A stretch of DNA of 64,000 nt from Planctomycetota bacterium (lineage in GTDB: Bacteria; Planctomycetota; UBA1135; UBA2386), in NCBI GenBank assembly GCA_965223545.1, contig OZ245006.1, positions 6,176,001 through 6,240,000 on the forward strand, read 5' to 3'. The stretch's first letter is position 1, and every line of letters begins with the position of its first letter. Below are positions 28,590-36,295 of this stretch, piece by piece. The notes under the pieces are model-generated. The model did no database searches. It had not been told where the DNA came from and saw nothing but the letters and a program-made list of their open reading frames with translations. Both the position numbers and the translations under genes were made by a program.

Positions 28590-29843
28590 TCACTCGTCTT
28601 GGGATTTGTCGGACGGGTCGTCGGATCGTCGGGTTTGTGATCGATCCGGGAGCCGCTTGTTGCCGTGCCTCGCACTTGGCGGAGGACCGTCGTACTCGGC
28701 AGCCGGCCGGAACAGTACCCCGCGCTCGGCCTGCTCGATGGCGTGGGCCGTCCAACCGAGGAGCCGCGCGCACGCGAACATCGGCGTGCAGAGTTCGGGC
28801 CCCAGTCCGCAGGCCTCGAGCACTACGGCGGCGTAGTACTCGACATTGGTCGCTAGAATGCGGTCTGGCTTCGCGGCGCGGAGGGCGGCGAGTAGCGCGG
28901 TTTCGATCGCTTTGGCCTGCTGGGTGCGCTCGGGAGCGATCCGGCGCGCCACCGCGTGCAGCGTCTCGGAGCGCGGGTCGGTCGTGCGGTAGACCGCGTG
29001 ACCGAAACCCATCAGCCGGCGACCGCCGGCAAGTGCGTCGGCGGCGAAGGCCGGCGCGTTGGCCGGATCGCCGATAGCGTCCAGCATCTCGAGAACGCGG
29101 GAGGGAGCTCCGCCATGCAGGGGCCCCGCGAGCGCGGACAGCCCGGCGAGGACGCAGGACACCAGATCGGTGCCGGTGCTGGCGGCGACGCGGGCCGCGA
29201 AGGTGGATGCGTTGAGGCCGTGGTCGACAGTGAGCGCGAGGTAGGTGTCCAGCGCAGCCGCGTGGTCTCTTGATGGAGTGTTGCCGGAGAGTGCCCACAG
29301 CGCGGTGGCCGCATGCCCGAGGTTGCCGGGCGGCGATGCGGGCAGCGCCGGCAGACCGCGACCGTGGCGCCACGCGGCGCCGACCAGCAGCGGCCACAGC
29401 GCACCGATTCTCAAGGCGGTGCGCCTGCGCTCGGCGGGGGGCTGGTCGAGGAGTGGCGCGCAGTCGCCGTCGCTGGCCAGCGTCGCCAGCAGGGCGCGCG
29501 CCCCGTCGAGCGGCGGCGTGGTCTTCGGCAGTGCCGCCACCAACGGGCGCAATGAGTCGGGCAGCATGCGCTGGTTGGCGACCTCCGCGCAGAACCGTTC
29601 ATGGCTCGCGCGATCGTCCGGCGCGCTGTCGTCGAGGAGCACGCGCCAGACCGTGTCCGCGCCGTGGGCGCATGCCAGCTCGCGGGCGTCGTATTGGCGG
29701 TAGTGGAAGAAGCCCTCTTGGCCGCGGACCGCGCCGAGCGCGGTCTGCAGCACGGCTACCCCCTTCAGGCCGGGCGGCGTTCGGCGGCGGGTGTCGTTGG
29801 GCTCGGGTGCGCGGGGCGGGCAGGCGTTGTCGTGGACGGTCAT
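28590..29843 (-). CDS. Citrate synthase family protein (citrate/2-methylcitrate synthase-like)
   Basis: PPGLKGV, YRQY, DHGLNASTFAAR, GPLHGGA, MGFGHAVYRTTDPR, NVEYY. Confidence 0.9.
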   Translation of the reverse strand: MTVHDNACPPRAPEPNDTRRRTPPGLKGVAVLQTALGAVRGQEGFFHYRQYDARELACAHGADTVWRVLLDDSAPDDRASHERFCAEVANQRMLPDSLRPLVAALPKTTPPLDGARALLATLASDGDCAPLLDQPPAERRRTALRIGALWPLLVGAAWRHGRGLPALPASPPGNLGHAATALWALSGNTPSRDHAAALDTYLALTVDHGLNASTFAARVAASTGTDLVSCVLAGLSALAGPLHGGAPSRVLEMLDAIGDPANAPAFAADALAGGRRLMGFGHAVYRTTDPRSETLHAVARRIAPERTQQAKAIETALLAALRAAKPDRILATNVEYYAAVVLEACGLGPELCTPMFACARLLGWTAHAIEQAERGVLFRPAAEYDGPPPSARHGNKRLPDRSQTRRSDDPSDKSQDE

Positions 29844-29880
29844 CGTGGAGCACCATCGCGCCGTTGCTCCGCATGGACTA

Positions 29881-29907
29881 GATTGATCCAGGTGACATGG
29901 ATCAATC
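29881..29907. promoter_or_regulatory. Candidate operator: 10-bp inverted repeat with 7-nt spacer between the divergent citrate synthase genes
   Basis: gattgatcca-ggtgaca-tggatcaatc; AT-rich relative to the flanks; overlaps the ATG of the HTH-containing gene. Confidence 0.65.
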
Positions 29908-31135
29908 AATAGATCCCTCGCAGTGGTTGAGCAGCGCCGACGCCGCCGCCCGACTGGGCGTGCGGCGAGAGACTCTGTACTCCTACGTCAGCCGCGGCTT
30001 CCTCCACCCGAGGCGCGTCGGCCGCACCAGCGTCTTCGATCCCGCCGAGGTCGAGGCGCTGCGCGTCCACCACGCCCGGCGGCGGCGCGGTGGGCGCGGA
30101 GGCATGGACGTGCCCATCCCCAGCCGGATCACTCGGATCGAGGGAGAGTTGTTGTGGTTTCGCGGCTACCGGGCCGATGACCTGGTCCGCGCGGGGTGTT
30201 GCTACGAGCAGGTGGCCGAGCTGCTGTGGAGTGGCGCGCTGCCGGAGCGGGTGCGCTGGTCGGCGGACCCGGAGCTGACCCCACTCGTCGAACGCGCGCA
30301 GGCGCGGTTGCCGCCCCGCACTCCGGTGATCGACCGCCTGCGATTGACCGCGACCTTGGCCTCCGCCACCGACGCGACGCGCGCCGATCTGAGCGCGGAC
30401 GCCGTGGCGCAGAAGGGGCGGCGCTTGCTGTGTGCGTTGGTGACCGGTTTGCCGGTGGTCGCCAGCTCCGCGCCGCGTGACAGCCGGGGGTTGGCGGCGC
30501 GGCTCTGGCCGCGGCTCGCGTCCCGCCGCCGCACGCCCGGGTTGGTGGCGGTGTTGGATGCCGCCATGGTGCTGCTGGCGGACCACGAGCTGGCGACAGC
30601 CACGGTCGGCGCCCGCGTCGCCGCGTCGACCCGCGCCGACCCGTACTCGGTGGTGCAGGCCGGGCTGGGGGTCGCCGCGGGAGCTCTGCACGGCACCGCG
30701 CCGATCCTCGCCTACGAGCTCTTGCACCGCGTCGCCGTCGAAGGCGTGCCACCCGCTGATGCTCTCGCGCGCTACGAGATCCTCGGGGAATCGGTACCGG
30801 GGTTCGGGCACGTCGTCTACCAGCGTGATCCACGGGCTCCGCTCTTGCTGGAGCGGTTGGCGGCGGCGGCTCCGGCGGCGCCGCTGCGCGCGGCGCACGC
30901 CTTGCGGGAGGCCGTTCTCCGCCGGACCGGCCTCGAGCCCAACGTCGACTTCGGCCTGGCCGCGCTGGCGGTGGCGGCCGGCATGGACCGCGAATCGGGC
31001 AGCGCGGTCTTCACCATCTCCCGGTGCGCGGGTTGGCTGGCGCACGCGATGGAGGAGTGGACCGAAGCGCCGTTGCGGTTTCGCCTCAGCGCGCGCTACC
31101 TCGGCCCGCGCGGCACCCGTGTTCCGGGTCGATGA
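29897..31135 (+). CDS. HTH (MerR/excisionase-like) fused citrate synthase-like protein, probable regulator
   Basis: WLSSADAAARLGVRRETLYSYVSRG N-terminus, then LADHEL, LHG, GFGHVVY, DPR, NVDF. Confidence 0.88.
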   Translation: MDQSIDPSQWLSSADAAARLGVRRETLYSYVSRGFLHPRRVGRTSVFDPAEVEALRVHHARRRRGGRGGMDVPIPSRITRIEGELLWFRGYRADDLVRAGCCYEQVAELLWSGALPERVRWSADPELTPLVERAQARLPPRTPVIDRLRLTATLASATDATRADLSADAVAQKGRRLLCALVTGLPVVASSAPRDSRGLAARLWPRLASRRRTPGLVAVLDAAMVLLADHELATATVGARVAASTRADPYSVVQAGLGVAAGALHGTAPILAYELLHRVAVEGVPPADALARYEILGESVPGFGHVVYQRDPRAPLLLERLAAAAPAAPLRAAHALREAVLRRTGLEPNVDFGLAALAVAAGMDRESGSAVFTISRCAGWLAHAMEEWTEAPLRFRLSARYLGPRGTRVPGR

Positions 31136-31174
31136 CGCGATCCACACCGAGCGACCCGAGCGCGAATCGCGCGG

Positions 31175-32248
31175 CTACGCGGAGCCGTCGCCAGGCGCCG
31201 CGTCGGGGTCGAACGGTGGACCCCAGTGGGCGTAGAACTCGCGGTTGGGGCAGTAGTCGACGCTCGTCAGGCAGCTCTGGCAGGTCGGGTTGTGGATCTC
31301 GGCAGCCAACGTCTCGTTCCGCACCCGGTCGATGGCGGCATGCCGGAGCCAGAGATCGCGCAGCGGTGTCTCCCAGATCTCGCCCGGCTCCGTGTACGCC
31401 GTGGCGCCGGTGAGGTCCACGCAGCAGTACGACACGCGCCCGTCGGCGAGGATCGCCAGCGTCTTCCAGGCCGAGTCGCAGAACCCGTGGCGCGACGGGG
31501 CGAGGTCGCCGTCGTCCGCCTTTCCGTACACCCCGCCGCGCGCGATCGCGGACTGCCGGATCGACATCGAGTAGCCGTCCGGCTTGCGGTGGAGATAGCG
31601 CGCAACGGGTTTGCTCGACGGCGCGTCGGGGTCGAGCCCGCAGCGCTCGAGGAAGCCGCGCAAGAACTCACTGCGGTACTCGTTGCGCGCGACGGCGCCG
31701 GCGTCCTCCTGCTCGTAGTACAGAAACAAGCCGATGTACTGTGGACTGTCGGCCTCGGTCCAGGCGCGGACGTAGTCGCTGAGCTTGGTGATGTAGGTCT
31801 CGAAGGGAAGGTTGGACCGGGTGGCGAGCTCGGCGGGGCTGGTCGAGAGGTGGATGCGGAGATTGAGCTCCAAGCCGAGGTAATCCGGCTTCAGCGCCGT
31901 ACCGTTCGTCGCCAGTGCAATGCGGTGACCGCGCGCGTTGGCTTGCCGCGCGAACTCATGGAAGTGGGGGTGCAGCGTCGGCTCGCCGTCGATGTGGAAG
32001 CGCAGCGGCTCGGTCGTCAATCCGTCTAGCTGCGGTAGGATGTGCGCGAACAGCTCCGGTGCCATGAACTCCTTGGTGCGCGGGGAGTGCGGACTGATGC
32101 AGTAGTCGCAACGGAAGTTGCACTTCGAGGTGATCTCGACGTGCACCACCGGCCGCGGCAGGTGCTCGGCGAGGTAGTCCCGATACGCGGGATGCCGCAT
32201 CGGACCGTGGAACTCGAACGGTGGAGACGCCGGTGCCTTGCGTCGCAT
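31175..32248 (-). CDS. Radical SAM protein with SPASM/twitch domain
   Basis: EITSKCNFRCDYC, GEPTLHP, TNG, C-terminal CDSAW...DGRVSYCCVD...CQSC. Confidence 0.9.
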   Translation of the reverse strand: MRRKAPASPPFEFHGPMRHPAYRDYLAEHLPRPVVHVEITSKCNFRCDYCISPHSPRTKEFMAPELFAHILPQLDGLTTEPLRFHIDGEPTLHPHFHEFARQANARGHRIALATNGTALKPDYLGLELNLRIHLSTSPAELATRSNLPFETYITKLSDYVRAWTEADSPQYIGLFLYYEQEDAGAVARNEYRSEFLRGFLERCGLDPDAPSSKPVARYLHRKPDGYSMSIRQSAIARGGVYGKADDGDLAPSRHGFCDSAWKTLAILADGRVSYCCVDLTGATAYTEPGEIWETPLRDLWLRHAAIDRVRNETLAAEIHNPTCQSCLTSVDYCPNREFYAHWGPPFDPDAAPGDGSA

Positions 32249-32253
32249 CGGGC

Positions 32254-34293
32254 TCAACCGCCGATGCCGATGTCGAGGGCCTCGGTGAGCGAGATCTGAC
32301 CGAGGCCGGCCCCCTGCGGATCGATCGCGCCGCCGTGGATGCGCAGCGTCACGCCGATCAGGATCGGATCCCACGGCAGGGGCAGATCGAGGTCGGCGTC
32401 GCCGCTCGGCGAGCTGGTTCCGTACAGGACCAGCGGAAATGGAAACACCGAGCGCACCACGCAGAAGCCGAAGATGACCACGCTCGTCGTCGGCGTGGAG
32501 ACCCCGGCGAACACGGGGGCGCTGGCGCGCAGCGAGGACAGCGAGATTCCGAACGCGCTGTTACCGGCCAACGGGATGCCGCGGTGCGCGATCTGCGGAA
32601 TGCCGGCGCTGCCGGCGCAGCCGACGGCGAAGGGCACCACGCTGGGCAGCGCCAACGGGATCGTGTCGGTAGGCAGGGCGGGAGTGTTGGCGACCGGCGC
32701 CTGGCGTTGGCCGGCGAGCTGTTCGAATGCGAAGGCGAGTGCGATCAGTCGAGGTTCGCTGAAGGCCGGTCCGGAGAACGTCACCCCGAAGGGCGTCGAC
32801 GGCAGGCCGGTCCGCGGGATGAAGCCGGCCGGCACGCAGATGCTGGGGTAGCCGGCGCGCGCGTTGATGTTGGCGCCGTTGGTGCCGGCGTACAGGATCG
32901 CGTCGAAATCGTCGGCGTTGCCGGGCACGCCGTCCGGACCGGCGTAGACCGCGTCGAGCGCCATCCGCGACTGCGTCAGGTCGCGCTGGCGGTCGGCGAG
33001 GTAGCGCTGCTCGTCGGCGCTGCCGGGAGTCGTGTCATACTGATCGCACGCGGTCAAGATCGACTGGCCGTAGACCAGGGCTGCGGCCGGGTTCTGGGCG
33101 TTGGAGGCGATGATCTGTGCCAGGCTCTGCATCGGCGCGGTCGGACCGAGGCTGGCCAAGTAGGCGTTGAGGTCGCGCTTCATGCCGAAGATCAGCACGG
33201 TCGACTGATTGCTTTGCGGCGGATACGAGACGGCGATCGGGCCGAGGCTTGCCCGCGGCGGGTTGTAGTCGCTGACCACGGTGGCGCCGGCGGCGCGCAT
33301 CGTGTTGACCGCCGCGGTGACGATCCGATTCTGCTCGGTGCCGGCGCGCAGGGTCGGCACCGCGATGCGCGCACCGCGCAGGGCGCCGCGATCCAGAAAC
33401 TGGGTGTAGTCCGAGAAGCAATTGCCCGGCGTGAGGCAGGCCGCGGTGGCCGGGTCGTTGGCATCGTGGCCCGCGATCACGCCGAGCACCGCGGCGGCGT
33501 CGGCCACCGTCCGCGCCATCGGCCCGGCGGTGTCCTGATCGGCGGTGATCGGCACGATCCCGTCGCGGCTGACGAGGCCGAGGGTCGGTTTGATGCCGAC
33601 GATTCCGTTGGCGTTGCTCGGCGACAAGATCGATCCCGAGGTCTCGGTGCCGATGGCGACGGCCGCCAGGTTGGCCGACACCGAGATGCCCGAGCCAGAG
33701 CTGGAGCCGCCGGTGTTGGTGATCGACGCGCCGCTGGGGCGCCGCCGTGGGTCGTACGGGTTGGCGCCGTGGCCGCCCAAGGCGCTGTAGCCGTTCGGCA
33801 TGCCGAGGGCCATGAAGTTCGCCATCTCGGTCAGCGTGGTCTTGCCGACGATCACCGCGCCCGCGGCGCGCAGCTTCTGCGTCAGGAACGCGTCGTCGGG
33901 TGGAAACGACTGCTGCAGCGCGAGCGAGCCGGCGGTCGTCGGCTGTGGCAAGGCGTCGATGTTGTCCTTGAGCAGCACCGGGATGCCGAACAGCGGACCG
34001 GGAGGCGCGCCGCCCTGACTCGCACGGTCGAGGGCCTGCGCCTCGTCCAGTGCCGCCGGGTTGAGCGCGAGGATCGAGTTCAGTACCGGACCGGTCTGAT
34101 CGTAGGCCGCGATCCGCGCCAAATAGCGTCCGAGCAGGCCCTCGGCGGTCAGCAGTCCGCTCGCCATCTGCGCGTGGAGCTCGGCGATGGAAGCCTCCAC
34201 CAGCGGCAGCGGTGCGCTCTCGGCCGGCGATTGCGCGCCAGCCGGCAAGCAGGAGAGTACGGTGGCCAGTGGGGCGATGGTGAGTCGATGCAT
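32254..34293 (-). CDS. Secreted amidase-signature family enzyme with extra C-terminal module
   Basis: Signal peptide; GIPVLLKDNI, GGSSSGSG, IGTETSGSILSP, GIKPT, QDTAGPM. Confidence 0.92.
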   Translation of the reverse strand: MHRLTIAPLATVLSCLPAGAQSPAESAPLPLVEASIAELHAQMASGLLTAEGLLGRYLARIAAYDQTGPVLNSILALNPAALDEAQALDRASQGGAPPGPLFGIPVLLKDNIDALPQPTTAGSLALQQSFPPDDAFLTQKLRAAGAVIVGKTTLTEMANFMALGMPNGYSALGGHGANPYDPRRRPSGASITNTGGSSSGSGISVSANLAAVAIGTETSGSILSPSNANGIVGIKPTLGLVSRDGIVPITADQDTAGPMARTVADAAAVLGVIAGHDANDPATAACLTPGNCFSDYTQFLDRGALRGARIAVPTLRAGTEQNRIVTAAVNTMRAAGATVVSDYNPPRASLGPIAVSYPPQSNQSTVLIFGMKRDLNAYLASLGPTAPMQSLAQIIASNAQNPAAALVYGQSILTACDQYDTTPGSADEQRYLADRQRDLTQSRMALDAVYAGPDGVPGNADDFDAILYAGTNGANINARAGYPSICVPAGFIPRTGLPSTPFGVTFSGPAFSEPRLIALAFAFEQLAGQRQAPVANTPALPTDTIPLALPSVVPFAVGCAGSAGIPQIAHRGIPLAGNSAFGISLSSLRASAPVFAGVSTPTTSVVIFGFCVVRSVFPFPLVLYGTSSPSGDADLDLPLPWDPILIGVTLRIHGGAIDPQGAGLGQISLTEALDIGIGG

Positions 34294-34471
34294 GGCGGTC
34301 TCGGTCGGAGGTGTCTCCAGCTATCGTAAGAGTTGGGCACCCGCCGTCGAGGCGCGGTCTCGGTCGCGCGCTCGCCTCCCTGCCACGGGATCGTGGAGCA
34401 GCCAAGCGCGGGGTGGATCGCGCGGTGGCCGGTGGGTAAACCGGCGAGGACTGCAGCTACGAGGTCGCCGC

Positions 34472-34906
34472 ATGCTGGTGAAGAGCGCCCTGGTGCGCAA
34501 ACCCCTGACCGTCGGTCCCGACACGTCGTTGACCGAGTTCATCGATGCCGTGCTCGACTCCAACCAAACCACCGCCGCCGTCATCGAGGGGGAGCGGCTG
34601 GTCGGCATGGTGTCGGCGATGGACGTGTTCCGGCGCATCGTGCCGCCGTATCTCGAGCGCGACACGCACCTGCTGACCGCGGTGCGCGACAGCTACTTCG
34701 ACGAGAAGTTCGAGAAGTTTCGCCACGTCGCGGTGCGTGAGATCATGGTCAGCGCCCCCGATGTCCTGGCGCCGGAGGAGTCGGTGGCGCGTGCGGTGGC
34801 CCTGTTCGTCCACAAGGGCCGCAAGTCGCTCGCCGTCGTCGACGACGGGCGTTACGTCGGCACCATCACGCGGCGCAGCATCCTGCGCACTCTGCGGCGG
34901 CGTTGA
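34472..34906 (+). CDS. CBS-domain pair protein
   Basis: Two CBS motifs (PLTVGPD...LVGMVS; VREIM...VVDDGRYVGTITR); GAGG RBS. Confidence 0.85.
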   Translation: MLVKSALVRKPLTVGPDTSLTEFIDAVLDSNQTTAAVIEGERLVGMVSAMDVFRRIVPPYLERDTHLLTAVRDSYFDEKFEKFRHVAVREIMVSAPDVLAPEESVARAVALFVHKGRKSLAVVDDGRYVGTITRRSILRTLRRR

Positions 34907-34912
34907 TTCGCG

Positions 34913-36259
34913 ATGCTGGGTTCGGCGGACTACTACTGGCTGACGGCCGCGATCTTCGTCCTGGCCTTCGTCGCGATCCTCTCCGAGCGCATCCACAAGA
35001 CCAAGGTGGCGCTGTTCGGCGGCGCGTTGATGGTGGCTCTGCCGATCCTCAGCCAGGACGAGGCGTTCTACTCGGAGCGCTACGGCATCGACTACAACGT
35101 CGTGTTCCTGCTGATCTCGATGATGATCATCGTCAAGATCGTCAGTCTGAGCGGCATCTTCGAGTGGGCGGCAATCCGCGCCGCCAAGTTGGCCGGCGGC
35201 CGTCCGCTCAACATCCTGGTGATCTTCGTCCTGCTCACCGCGGTCGCCTCGGCGTTTCTGGACAATGTCACCACGGTCCTGTTCATCGCGCCGATCACCC
35301 TGCTGATCGCCGATGAGCTCGACGTCGACCCGATTCCGTTTCTGCTGGCCGAGGCGTTGGCGTCGAACATCGGCGGCACCGCGACGCTGATCGGCGACCC
35401 GCCCAACATCATCATCGCCTCGCGCGCCGGTCTGTCGTTCATGGACTTCCTGGTGCACGTCGCGCCCGCCGTGCTGGTGATGATGGCCGCGTTCGTGGTC
35501 GCCATCGTGTTGCTGTTCGGAGGGCGATTGACCGTCGAGGAGAGCAAGCGCCAGCGCATCCTGGCGATGGACGAGCGCACCGTGATCAAGGACGCCTCGT
35601 TGGCGCGGCGCTCATTGGTCGTGCTGGCGCTGACGATCGCCGGCTTCGCGCTGCACGGGGTGCTGCACTACGAGCCGGCGACGATCGCGCTGATGGGGGC
35701 CGGCGCCCTTCTGCTGATCAGCCGGCGCGATCCGCACGAGATCCTGGCCGATGTCGAGTGGCCGACCATCTTCTTCTTCATCGGCTTGTTCTTGATGGTC
35801 GGTGGCGTCGCCAAGGTGGGGTTGATCGAGGACGTCTCGCAGCTGGTGATGGAGGTCACCAAGCCGACGCCCGAGGACACCTACGGCACGAGCATGGTGA
35901 TCTTGTGGTTCTCGGCGGTCGCTTCCGCCGTGGTCGACAACATTCCGTACGTCGCCACGATGGCGCCGCTCGTCGTCGACATGGCCAACAACGTGTTTCA
36001 CAACGGCGAGCTCGAGCAGGTGCCGGCCGAAACCTTGTTGAGCGCGCCGATGCAACCGGTGTGGTGGGCGTTGTCGCTGGGCTCGTGTCTGGGCGGCAAC
36101 GGCACGCCGATCGGTGCCTCGGCAAACGTGATCGTGCTCGGCATCGCGGAGAAGTCCGGGATCATGATCAGCTTCTTGCGCTTCGTGGCCTACGGCGTGC
36201 CCACCGTGCTGGTGACTCTGGCGATCAGCCACGTCTACCTCACGCTGCGCTACTTCTGA
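34913..36259 (+). CDS. ArsB/NhaD (ion transporter superfamily) permease
   Basis: SAFLDNVTT, SNIGGTATLIGDPPNII, SAVVDNIP, GGNGTPIGASAN; many transmembrane helices. Confidence 0.9.
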   Translation: MLGSADYYWLTAAIFVLAFVAILSERIHKTKVALFGGALMVALPILSQDEAFYSERYGIDYNVVFLLISMMIIVKIVSLSGIFEWAAIRAAKLAGGRPLNILVIFVLLTAVASAFLDNVTTVLFIAPITLLIADELDVDPIPFLLAEALASNIGGTATLIGDPPNIIIASRAGLSFMDFLVHVAPAVLVMMAAFVVAIVLLFGGRLTVEESKRQRILAMDERTVIKDASLARRSLVVLALTIAGFALHGVLHYEPATIALMGAGALLLISRRDPHEILADVEWPTIFFFIGLFLMVGGVAKVGLIEDVSQLVMEVTKPTPEDTYGTSMVILWFSAVASAVVDNIPYVATMAPLVVDMANNVFHNGELEQVPAETLLSAPMQPVWWALSLGSCLGGNGTPIGASANVIVLGIAEKSGIMISFLRFVAYGVPTVLVTLAISHVYLTLRYF

Positions 36260-36285
36260 GGCCGGGCGGCGCGCGCCGCCCGGCC
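36260..36285. terminator. Perfect 26-bp GC palindrome between convergent genes (possible bidirectional terminator/stabiliser hairpin)
   Basis: ggccgggcggcgc|gcgccgcccggcc directly after the transporter stop; no U-tract, so terminator function is uncertain. Confidence 0.5.
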
Positions 36286-36295
36286 GCGCTGTCGC

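Noticed and set aside
31175..32248. Radical SAM/SPASM enzyme as a RiPP maturase
   Set aside because: No adjacent precursor peptide, PqqD-like domain or transporter seen.
34472..36259. ArsB-like permease as arsenic resistance or part of the cytochrome system
   Set aside because: No arsR/arsC nearby; CBS + NhaD-type permease pairs are common and this one converges on the cytochrome gene.
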